64,000 nucleotides of DNA from Candidatus Obscuribacteraceae bacterium (GTDB taxonomy: Bacteria; Cyanobacteriota; Vampirovibrionia; Obscuribacterales; Obscuribacteraceae). Positions 41,905 through 50,483 of the stretch are shown piece by piece. The notes beneath the pieces were generated by a model, which was not told where the DNA came from, made no database searches, and saw nothing but the letters and a program-made list of their open reading frames with translations. Where the stretch lies: NCBI GenBank assembly GCA_044226015.1, contig JBGAHS010000002.1, positions 1,139,435 through 1,203,434 of the forward strand, in the 5' to 3' direction. Made by a program: the position numbers and the translations under genes. How positions within the stretch are numbered: position 1 is the first letter of the stretch; each line of letters opens with the position of its first letter.

Positions 41905-42204
41905 ATGACGAACGCTCTGCTCTGTGAAGTCCAGATCACTGGCTGCCTGTCTGCCGACCTCTTCTACATCGAGGTCCCGGACCAGGGCTCCGATGATGCG
42001 AATGTCGCCGCCGCACATAACCGCTATGCGGAGCTGTTCGGCGGTCCGTTCCGTTCGCACTACTGCGACCAGTGCCACGACAGCACCTCCATGTGCGTCG
42101 AAGTGCTGAGCACTAAGCGCAGCCGCAAGGTGCGCTCCCGTGCAGCAATCGGGCGGCACGACGCAAATGGTCAGGAGTACGTAATCCATCGGCTTCGCAA
42201 CTAG
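41905..42204 (+). CDS. Small hypothetical protein with CxxC
   Basis: AGGAG RBS; HYCDQCHD...MC. Confidence 0.6.
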   Translation: MTNALLCEVQITGCLSADLFYIEVPDQGSDDANVAAAHNRYAELFGGPFRSHYCDQCHDSTSMCVEVLSTKRSRKVRSRAAIGRHDANGQEYVIHRLRN

Positions 42205-42261
42205 CACACAGCTACCTCGTTGCTGGCAGTGACCGCCGCCTCCTGGCACGGTCACCGCTGG

Positions 42262-42430
42262 CGACGTGGTGTGTGCCTCATGCCTCATCCCTGCGTGATG
42301 TGGTGTGTAACTCAAGCTACATCTGCTTGATGTGGCGTGCCTAATGCCGCACCTGCGTGGTGTGGTGTGCCTCAAGCCACATCCGCGTGATGTGGTGTGT
42401 GCCTTTAGCCGCAGCTCACATCTGCGCTAC
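42262..42430. repeat. Degenerate approx. 30-bp tandem repeat, about 5 copies
   Basis: gtgatgtggtgtg(tg)cctcaagccacatccgc-like units. Confidence 0.75.
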
Positions 42431-42506
42431 CAAGTGACACATCGCCACTACAGGCGGTGCGTACTGTTTATTTTTCTGAAAACACTAACCGGAGAATACG
42501 ACACGA

Positions 42507-45500
42507 ATGTGTACAGCAATCATCGGCTTCATTATGCTTATGAGCCTGCTGGTGAGACGCCTCATCAGCGGACCTTCTAGCATGAAGCCAAAAAAACAAG
42601 CAAAGTGCCCCTTCCGCTTTCTTGCGCGGAAAGAGACCGAACCCGTCAAGCAGTCTGCGGACGGGCTTGGCTGGGAAGAGAACTTTCTCTTCGGCAGCCA
42701 CCAACACGAAGTGGCCTTCATCGACCAGGCGGCCCAGGACATCCACCGCGTCCAGCAGAACAACCGCAAGTCCGGCAAAGCTGCCTGCATCTTCCGAGCC
42801 TTCCACGCCAAGCCACTTGCGGCGATGAAGAATGCGGAACTGCACGTTGCTGAAGACATCCCCGCGGAGCTACGCGTGGGCATCCTACAGCCAGGCAAGA
42901 AGTACAGCAGCACGCTGCGCTTCTCGAACGCCGCCGGCACAATGAAATCAGACCTCGGCAAAGATCTGCGAGGCATCGCGCTGCGTGTCCACACCGAAGA
43001 GGGTGAACACGACCTACTCGCCACCAACGGGCGAGCTTCGCATGCGCGTAATGCGTGGCAATTCATCGCATTCGCACTTGCGATGTCGGGGTCAAAGTTG
43101 CTCATGCCGTTCCGGCTCATCTGGAGTGTTGGTCTTTTCGAAGCTGTCCGTATGATTCGCACGGCAAGCCGCCAGGCGTCGCGCAAGATCAACAGTGCAG
43201 CCACAGAGACCTACTTCAGCCGTGCCGCGTACGCAGTGGGCGAGCGCGCCGTGAAGTTCCAACTGACGCCTTGTGCGACTGAGGAACTGGGCATCGAGCG
43301 AACGCCAGAATACCTGCATGCCGATCTGGTTGAGCGGCTGAAGCGCGGACCTGTGGTCTTCAACCTGCAGGTTCAATACTTCAAAAACGAGACGGAAACG
43401 CCTGTCGAAGACGGCTCCGTCGAGTGGAACACTCCGCTCATCACCATCGCGCAAGTCGTGATTCCGCAACAAGACCTGTATTCTCAGGAAGCCGTTGCGG
43501 TGCAAGTCGAGGTCGACAACCTCGAGTTCAACCCCTGGAATGTAACGACGGGATTCCGTCCACTGGGCAGCCAGAACCGTGCGCGGCTCCTCGTCTACAA
43601 GGCGAGCGCAGCGTTGCGGAAAGGCGGCTCAGATTCCGGTCTTTCACAGAAAGGACAAAATTCCATGAGTCATGACGATCAGCAACGACGCTGTCCGTTC
43701 GGATTCGGCGGCAAGAATCAGCCTGACGGCACACAGCCTGACGGCAGCGAAGCGAAGATCTGGCGCCCTCGTTCGCGCCGGGTCGGCTTCAGGTTGGTCA
43801 GCTATGTGCTGCTCAACGCTTTCTACTGGGTTATGGAGACGATCAACCGCGGTCTCTCCCGTGACCCGAACCGCAAGGTGTCCTGGGACAAGTGGCCCAC
43901 GCCGCTCGGACTGATGTACCTTCTCGCAAAGATCTGGTACGTGCGCTCCAACGCCCTCACGGACCCCTACGACTATGCCACCAACGACGTGAAGGACATG
44001 GGTCCGGAACCCGAGGCGGCGAAACACGGCTACCTGCCCGACGGCAGCTGGGCGCTCGATAACGATGACCCTCAGATGGGAACACCCGGCACGCGTTTCG
44101 GCTCCAATATTCCGCCGAAGAAGGTGCGCCCTGACGTGGAGGAGATGACTCCAAGCGCTCGGGAAGCGGGCAAGCTGCGCTGGCGTCGGCTCGACGAGAA
44201 CGGCAAGGAAATCACCATTCCTGCGCTGATTCTCAGCGACCTCGCTGGCGGCTGGATTCAGTTCCAGTTCCACAACTTCGGCGGAAACACACTGCGTGAC
44301 CCCGTCACACAGTGCCCGCATCTGATGAAGCGCGACCCCAAGGACAACTGGCCGGGCAACGTTGCTCGCATCGACCGAACCACTGCGGACCCGACGCGCG
44401 TGACGGATAACGGTCGCCCCACGCCGATCAACGAGAAGACGGTAGCGTGGGTGCAGGGTCAGATCTACGGCAACAACGGCGACGAGCAGAACGCGCTGCG
44501 CTCCTTCGAGGGCGGCAAATTCGCGCTCGAAGCCGACCTGCGCCTACCGGAAGATCCGAACAAGCCGGGCATCGACCACACCGGTTTCAACAACAACTAC
44601 AACCCGCTGCTGAGCTTCTTGCACTGGCTCTTCGTGCAAGAGCACAACGCCATCGCCGACCATTACGCCTACTTCTACCCGGAGTGGGATGATGAAAAGC
44701 TTTTCCAGATGGCGCGCAAGGTCAACGTTGCGCAAATCGCCCGCATCCACACCATCCAGTGGACGGAAGACCTGCTGCAACATCCGACCCTGCAACTCGG
44801 CATGCACACTGACTGGTACGGCTTCCTCGGTCAGCGCACCAAGATGTACCTGATGCGCCTGGCGCATCGGTCGCCCTTCGTTGCTCGGCTCATCAAGCCG
44901 TTGCAAGGACAGGACGCCATCTGGGGCATGCCCGGCTCGAAGTGGGAACACCACGACGGTCCGTTCCAGGTGCCGAAGCACTTCCGGATGGTCTATCGCC
45001 TCCATGAGCTCATCCTCAGCGAGCGAGAAATCGTCCAGCCCGGCACAGACAAGCTGCTCGAGCGCGTGGATCTGATCAACTTCGTCCACAGCAACACGCG
45101 TCCGCTCGTCGCCAAATACGGCTACGAAACGCTCGCCTACAGCTTCGTGCGCAAGTCGTGTGGCGCTCTCACGCTGCACAACTTCCCGCGCGCGCTGACG
45201 CAGTTCGAAAACCAGCAGGACGGCGAGTTGACCGACCTGGCGGAACGGGACCTCCTTCGTGAGCGCACCGACGGCACCGGCACTTATAACGAGTTCCGGC
45301 AGTCTGTGGGTGAACCGCCCGTTACGTCCTTCCTCGAGCTGACCGGCGGCGACGCCGAGCTTGCTCGTGAGCTGGAAATCAAATACGAAGGCGACGTGGA
45401 CAAGGTGGACGCGGGCATCGGCATTCTCGCCGAACCCAAGCCTGCCGGCTTCGCGCTCGGCTTCTGCCAATTCTACCAATTCGTCCTGAATGCCCCTCGT

Positions 45501-46655
45501 CGAGTGAAGAGCAATCGACACCTGACGGAAGGCTTCACCTACGCCGAATACGCGGAAGGCATGGACTGGGTGGAACACGGTGGTGGCATGCTCGGTGCCA
45601 TGGCTCGGCACTTGCCGGGTCTCCGTTCACAGATGGAGGGCGTCACTCGCGCGTTCTCGCCCTGGAAGGAAACGGAAACCTTCCCGCATCGTCAATTGCA
45701 GGAAACGCACAAGGACACGGCCAACGTGTTCAAGGCGGACCTGCGCACCTTTGTTCTGGCAGTCGTTACGGCTGTCCTGGCGACCATGTCCGGCGCGATA
45801 CCCGCTTGGGTAGCGACGGGTGCGGTAGCGTGTATCACGCTCATCCCACTGGCTCTGACTGTGCGCCGTATGCTCGCCATGCGGTTCATGCAGATTTGCT
45901 GGAAGAAGTGCTACACAGACAAGCGTGGGTTCATGTTCGGAACATTGACTCGCGCCGAGAACTCCATCAACAGTGCGGCGCACTTCGGTGCTCTGCACGC
46001 GCTCGCGGTGATGGTCGGTTCGCTCGGATTGGCTGCGTTCTTTGGCTCCAGCTTCCCGCTGCTGTCTGCGCTGCTGGTTCTTGTGTCCATCAGCTCGCTC
46101 GGGGTGCGCAAGTGGTCGAAGTCTTTTGCTGCGAACGCACAGGTGCTGCGAATTGCCCTGCGTAATCGCATGCGAGACGGTCAACCGCAAATCGACCCCT
46201 GCGACATTGCAGGCAGCTCCGCCTTCGAAAAGCGGTTCTGCTTCAATCGTGAGCTGCCAGCTCGCGTTCGGGCTTCGGCGAGCAAAGACAACCATGTTTA
46301 CAGCTGCTACGGCGACGTAGACATGGAAGAATTTGAGCGCCTCTTCCGGACTTACGCACCGGGTCGCGACCACCTGACTGCCTACGACTTCAATCGCATG
46401 GCAGAACAGGAGTCGCTCTATGCCGGCAGCAACTTCATGAGCCGCTTCGTAGCTCGCTTGTCGATGCTGCGTCGTTCTCACGAAGTGCTGCACCTGTTCG
46501 GCGACACCATCGTCGAAGAGGACAAGAAGCTGGTTCCGGCAATCAGCAAGGGCATGCTGCTGAGCTTCTACCAGGGCACTGCCCAAGCTCAGCTGAAGCG
46601 GGAGCACGAAGAAGGGGACACTGACCCCAGCCCGCAGCCCCGTCAGTCCAGGTAA
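42507..46655 (+). CDS. Fusion protein: catalase-related domain + alpha-dioxygenase-like heme peroxidase + TM helices + caleosin-like C-terminus
   Basis: Catalase-like: RAFHAK, RFSN, DLRGIALRV, DLLATN, RPLGSQNRARLLVY. Dioxygenase-like: WIQFQFH, EHNAI, RIHTIQWT, VYRLH, YNEFRQ, PRR. Tail: YSCYGDVDMEEFERLFRTYAPGRDHLT...ISKGMLLSFYQG. Confidence 0.85.
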   Translation: MCTAIIGFIMLMSLLVRRLISGPSSMKPKKQAKCPFRFLARKETEPVKQSADGLGWEENFLFGSHQHEVAFIDQAAQDIHRVQQNNRKSGKAACIFRAFHAKPLAAMKNAELHVAEDIPAELRVGILQPGKKYSSTLRFSNAAGTMKSDLGKDLRGIALRVHTEEGEHDLLATNGRASHARNAWQFIAFALAMSGSKLLMPFRLIWSVGLFEAVRMIRTASRQASRKINSAATETYFSRAAYAVGERAVKFQLTPCATEELGIERTPEYLHADLVERLKRGPVVFNLQVQYFKNETETPVEDGSVEWNTPLITIAQVVIPQQDLYSQEAVAVQVEVDNLEFNPWNVTTGFRPLGSQNRARLLVYKASAALRKGGSDSGLSQKGQNSMSHDDQQRRCPFGFGGKNQPDGTQPDGSEAKIWRPRSRRVGFRLVSYVLLNAFYWVMETINRGLSRDPNRKVSWDKWPTPLGLMYLLAKIWYVRSNALTDPYDYATNDVKDMGPEPEAAKHGYLPDGSWALDNDDPQMGTPGTRFGSNIPPKKVRPDVEEMTPSAREAGKLRWRRLDENGKEITIPALILSDLAGGWIQFQFHNFGGNTLRDPVTQCPHLMKRDPKDNWPGNVARIDRTTADPTRVTDNGRPTPINEKTVAWVQGQIYGNNGDEQNALRSFEGGKFALEADLRLPEDPNKPGIDHTGFNNNYNPLLSFLHWLFVQEHNAIADHYAYFYPEWDDEKLFQMARKVNVAQIARIHTIQWTEDLLQHPTLQLGMHTDWYGFLGQRTKMYLMRLAHRSPFVARLIKPLQGQDAIWGMPGSKWEHHDGPFQVPKHFRMVYRLHELILSEREIVQPGTDKLLERVDLINFVHSNTRPLVAKYGYETLAYSFVRKSCGALTLHNFPRALTQFENQQDGELTDLAERDLLRERTDGTGTYNEFRQSVGEPPVTSFLELTGGDAELARELEIKYEGDVDKVDAGIGILAEPKPAGFALGFCQFYQFVLNAPRRVKSNRHLTEGFTYAEYAEGMDWVEHGGGMLGAMARHLPGLRSQMEGVTRAFSPWKETETFPHRQLQETHKDTANVFKADLRTFVLAVVTAVLATMSGAIPAWVATGAVACITLIPLALTVRRMLAMRFMQICWKKCYTDKRGFMFGTLTRAENSINSAAHFGALHALAVMVGSLGLAAFFGSSFPLLSALLVLVSISSLGVRKWSKSFAANAQVLRIALRNRMRDGQPQIDPCDIAGSSAFEKRFCFNRELPARVRASASKDNHVYSCYGDVDMEEFERLFRTYAPGRDHLTAYDFNRMAEQESLYAGSNFMSRFVARLSMLRRSHEVLHLFGDTIVEEDKKLVPAISKGMLLSFYQGTAQAQLKREHEEGDTDPSPQPRQSR

Positions 46656-46825
46656 CGAGCATCTGGATTAGGTTCAGGTAGACGAACCGGGAGAGCATTC
46701 GACGCAAGTCGGATGCTTTCCTTTTTCGACTCTTATTACTACCACTTATCATACGAAAGGGCATAGGAGAAATAGAAAAATTTCGATCTCAAGTGAATCC
46801 GCAATCATCGTGTGTTTGCTCAAAC

Positions 46826-47095
46826 TGATCGATATCGATCAAAAACGCTGTTTTGCAATCCCCGAAACCTAGCAAATTGGCCGAAACTGATCGATATCGA
46901 TCAAAAATCCGCTTTGCAGATTTCGGAACTCAAGAGCTGAAACTCCTGACATTCACACAAAGAAAATGCCCCTTTTCATCGATCCCCAAATCCCAATAAA
47001 TTGTCGGGATTTGATCGATATCGATCAAAAACACGGTTTCGCGATCCTCGAAACCCAAAAAATTGCCCCAAAAAGATCGATATCGATCAAAATCC
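46826..47095. repeat. Cluster of four GATCGATATCGATC palindromes in two pairs
   Basis: Cores at about 46827, 46889, 47013 and 47075 with cgaaacc.a..aaattg linkers. Confidence 0.92.
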
Positions 47096-47224
47096 CGATT
47101 TGGAAGCCTGCTAAGGAGTGTTCGATGCGCGAAGAAAAACCCCAGAATCTGCTCCTGCTTGCCAACCGCAACGGTTGATATAATTTGCCATCTCATTCCA
47201 AACACTTGTTCTGGAGCTTGCCTC

Positions 47225-47581
47225 ATGACTAGCAATACGCGACAAGAAATTCTTGACCTGGAAGAACGCCTGCGAGCAGCAGAATTAGCTCACGACCCAG
47301 AATTTTTTGAAACGTACCTGGACGACCATATGATCATGGTTTCGAAGGGTGAAGCAAGCTCGCCAAAACAGCACATTATCAAAGCCCATCAACCCGAACT
47401 AGGAACAAAATTTACCCGGGTTGTGATGACAGATATGAAAGTAATTGATCACGGCGACTCAGCTGTAGTCACCTGCAAAGGAACTTACGAGGGTCCGCGC
47501 GGCGTACAAGACTTGAAATTCATGCGAGTTTGGGTAAAAAAAACAGACGGCTGGCGAATCATCGCAGGAACAATCTCATAA
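47225..47581 (+). CDS. NTF2-like (DUF4440/SnoaL-type) protein
   Basis: ILDLEE..R.A, HGDSAVVT and FMRVWVKKTDGWRII pattern. Confidence 0.85.
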   Translation: MTSNTRQEILDLEERLRAAELAHDPEFFETYLDDHMIMVSKGEASSPKQHIIKAHQPELGTKFTRVVMTDMKVIDHGDSAVVTCKGTYEGPRGVQDLKFMRVWVKKTDGWRIIAGTIS

Positions 47582-47719
47582 AACTCGCCCCCAAGCTCAA
47601 ACTCAAGCGCACAAGCTAAACCTCCAACTATCCACTAGGCTCCTGCTCAGGCCCCCAAGCTTAAACCTCGACTCAAATCACCGCCAAAACCCACCTCCAA
47701 GCTCAAAGGAAATTTTCTG

Positions 47720-47938
47720 ATGACACAGTGTTATAAATGCGCAGGAAACGGCAAAATCACTTGTGAAACTTGCTCCGGGTACAAACAAATAAACTGCACC
47801 AGCTGCAGTGGCACAGGCAAGTACGGCACAGACCAATGTCAGACTTGCTATGGAAACAAACGGATCCAATGCACTGTATGCGGAGGCTGGGGAAAGGTAT
47901 CGTGCCCCCAGTGTTACGGCAGTGGCAATCAACCTTAA
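47720..47938 (+). CDS. Stand-alone DnaJ-type zinc-finger protein (six CxxCxGx(G/K) repeats)
   Basis: CYKCAGNG, CETCSGYK, CTSCSGTG, CQTCYGNK, CTVCGGWG and CPQCYGSG; AAGGA RBS. Confidence 0.8.
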   Translation: MTQCYKCAGNGKITCETCSGYKQINCTSCSGTGKYGTDQCQTCYGNKRIQCTVCGGWGKVSCPQCYGSGNQP

Positions 47939-48049
47939 GAGTATCTACATCAGGTTCCATTTGCGACCATGCACCCTAACAGCTGTTTATGCAACAGCTC
48001 AGGCGAACGAACTTAGCTCTCTAAAGATGCGTAACCCTGCATCACCATC

Positions 48050-50260
48050 TCATCTCATCCAATCGGGCAAACCGTTGTAATTCTTGCCTTCGGAACTCTC
48101 AGAAACACCCACAGGACCAGACTTAGAAGCCGCTGCTGTGTCATCCCGCTCAATCTCTGAATTTTGCACACTCGATGCAGAATCACCCGGTTCACTCAGA
48201 TTCGGTTCACTCAGATACGGAATGGACTCTATCTGTGTCTGCAAAAGCGATAGCAAAAACTCACCACGCTCTCTAATCTCATCATCATCATGGTCAAGCA
48301 TATAAGCAAAAATAGCAGACTGTTTCGGGCGTTCGAAATCGTTTCTCTTAAACATCAGTGACTCTCCATCACCCGCGAATTTAGACCACATTTGCGGATC
48401 CTTCAGCAAACAAAGCAACGAAGAATCGATTATCCAAGCAGAAAAATTGTCTAGATAAGGTCCAAAGTGCTTCCCTTCACGAGACGGATGCTGATAATTC
48501 GGATGGCCTCTTTCATTGCTGAGAAATCCGCTTAGCTCTGGCACAAACATTCCGTCATAATCGACTAAAACAAAATCACCATCGCGAATGATAATGTTTC
48601 CATGCTGCAAATCTGAATGGGCAACTCCAACTCTTCTCAGCTCACCCATCATAAATCCGAAGCGATATCGCAGGTCTTCAATTACACGCTGTTCAGTGTA
48701 GTTCTGGTCTATGTATGTGTAAATGGATAAGCCATCCACCCACTCCATTTTGAGAATCGGGAACCACTGTCCCTTGAGCATAATTCCCTTATCAAGAAAA
48801 TACAGATTTACAGTGTAAGGCAAATCATCCGCACAAATGAATCTGCTTGTGCGCTTGTAGCGCTCTTCCTGGTCCTTCATTGCGGAATTGAAGCACCGAA
48901 CAGCATACGAAATACCATTGGCTTCGAGCTGATAAACGCTTGCAAAAGCACCTGTTGCTACCTTCGGCAAACCGAGGATGCTAGTCTCGACAACGCCCAT
49001 TTGCAGCTCGGGGTCACTAAAACAGGTTTCAGGATTTTGCACGGCCTCATTATAGTCTTGCAGACTTGGCCAAAAGGGCTTTGTAGAATGTTGCTTGTTC
49101 TCGGGAAGATCCCTGAACCAATCAATCGAGGGATTTGCGGGTGTTCTCACATTACTGTTGACGCGGGCTTGCACCGGATTGTACTGAACAGGTTTTCCAC
49201 CCGCAATCAGAAGCTCTCTGTTCAACTCATCAAGAATAAATCGGATAAGATCACCCGAACTGGGCTGAAACTTGCCCGTCCATTCACAAGCAATAGTTGT
49301 CGTCTTGAGATTAGGAAGAGCCCCAATTTCCCAGCGAATCAACAGTTCGTCCTTAAGGGAGGCATACTCTGAATAATACTCATATTCACTGAATGCTATC
49401 TTTGTCTCTATGATACTAGGGGTGGTTGCATCATTGCTACATTCCCCAACCCATCGAAGTGATTTTATGTTACTGATCGGCTCGCTGAGATGACCCTCTC
49501 GCTGCAAAAGTCCAATCAAAGTCTTTTTTACATCGATTTCGTTAATATCTGCATAGGCTCTGATCGGCACATTCACCGCAGAAAGGGAAGAGGATTGCGA
49601 GAATGCCGAGCGCAAGCTCGACCCCCCCTGAATTAGCCCGACTACCGGTTGATGCGTTTGTGCCGGCACAGGTACACTATGGGACAAAGTCACTACGTTC
49701 GAAATCTGGGGCGCTGGCTGCCACGCGCTCGGAACAGTGGTCGACGAAATTGCTCGATTGAATATCGAAGCAAGCTCGATATCTATTTCATCTTCCACTG
49801 ATTTTAATACCAAATCTATAAAATTCTTCCACTCACTCGATGGATCTGTCCCCCATGAGTATTGTGTCTGCACCTCAACAACAAGCTTCTGAGCCTCTCT
49901 TATATACCACCTGACCATAAATGAAAAATGGATATAGGAACCCTGAATAAGAAAAACACTGAAGGTTGCATCGATTTTTTCGGGAGTCATTTCATCAATG
50001 TCTGCACTCCACTTGCAATCGATATCGTTTGACTTGACCAATCCACCTTTCTTGCAAATCTTCGAAATTATCCTGGAAGCATCATCAAGGTAGATCCCGG
50101 AGTATTGTTTCTTGCACAGGTCATGCAAATCGCTCGGACTAAGCGCCTTCCAATCGGCCAGCCGCTTCTCCTTTCCCTGCTCGGAACTCGCGAAGGTCAG
50201 TACACTGAGCACTCCGGACAACATGAGAATTAAGCTGATAAGTTCAAAAGCGGTCATCAC
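48050..50260 (-). CDS. Membrane-anchored protein with C-terminal protein-kinase-like domain
   Basis: GAFASVY, AVRCF, LKMEWVDG, HSDLQHGNI, LVDYDG, GHPNYQHP and LDNFS motifs; N-terminal TM. Confidence 0.8.
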   Translation of the reverse strand: MMTAFELISLILMLSGVLSVLTFASSEQGKEKRLADWKALSPSDLHDLCKKQYSGIYLDDASRIISKICKKGGLVKSNDIDCKWSADIDEMTPEKIDATFSVFLIQGSYIHFSFMVRWYIREAQKLVVEVQTQYSWGTDPSSEWKNFIDLVLKSVEDEIDIELASIFNRAISSTTVPSAWQPAPQISNVVTLSHSVPVPAQTHQPVVGLIQGGSSLRSAFSQSSSLSAVNVPIRAYADINEIDVKKTLIGLLQREGHLSEPISNIKSLRWVGECSNDATTPSIIETKIAFSEYEYYSEYASLKDELLIRWEIGALPNLKTTTIACEWTGKFQPSSGDLIRFILDELNRELLIAGGKPVQYNPVQARVNSNVRTPANPSIDWFRDLPENKQHSTKPFWPSLQDYNEAVQNPETCFSDPELQMGVVETSILGLPKVATGAFASVYQLEANGISYAVRCFNSAMKDQEERYKRTSRFICADDLPYTVNLYFLDKGIMLKGQWFPILKMEWVDGLSIYTYIDQNYTEQRVIEDLRYRFGFMMGELRRVGVAHSDLQHGNIIIRDGDFVLVDYDGMFVPELSGFLSNERGHPNYQHPSREGKHFGPYLDNFSAWIIDSSLLCLLKDPQMWSKFAGDGESLMFKRNDFERPKQSAIFAYMLDHDDDEIRERGEFLLSLLQTQIESIPYLSEPNLSEPGDSASSVQNSEIERDDTAAASKSGPVGVSESSEGKNYNGLPDWMR

Positions 50261-50483
50261 AAGCTCTCATAACAGAGTCAATATGCCCGCTTAATGGCAA
50301 AATCGGCGACGGATAAAGCAACTGAAGTCATTAGTCGAACTCAGAAGCAGTTTGCACTTTTGTTGCACGTTAGCTCGATTATTCTTCAAGTGTTCCAGTT
50401 GGAACACCCAATCTCTTACTAAATACAACTTCGAAAGTGACGGACCCGTCACTCTTGTTTCTTCCATCACGGGGGCTTGCACA

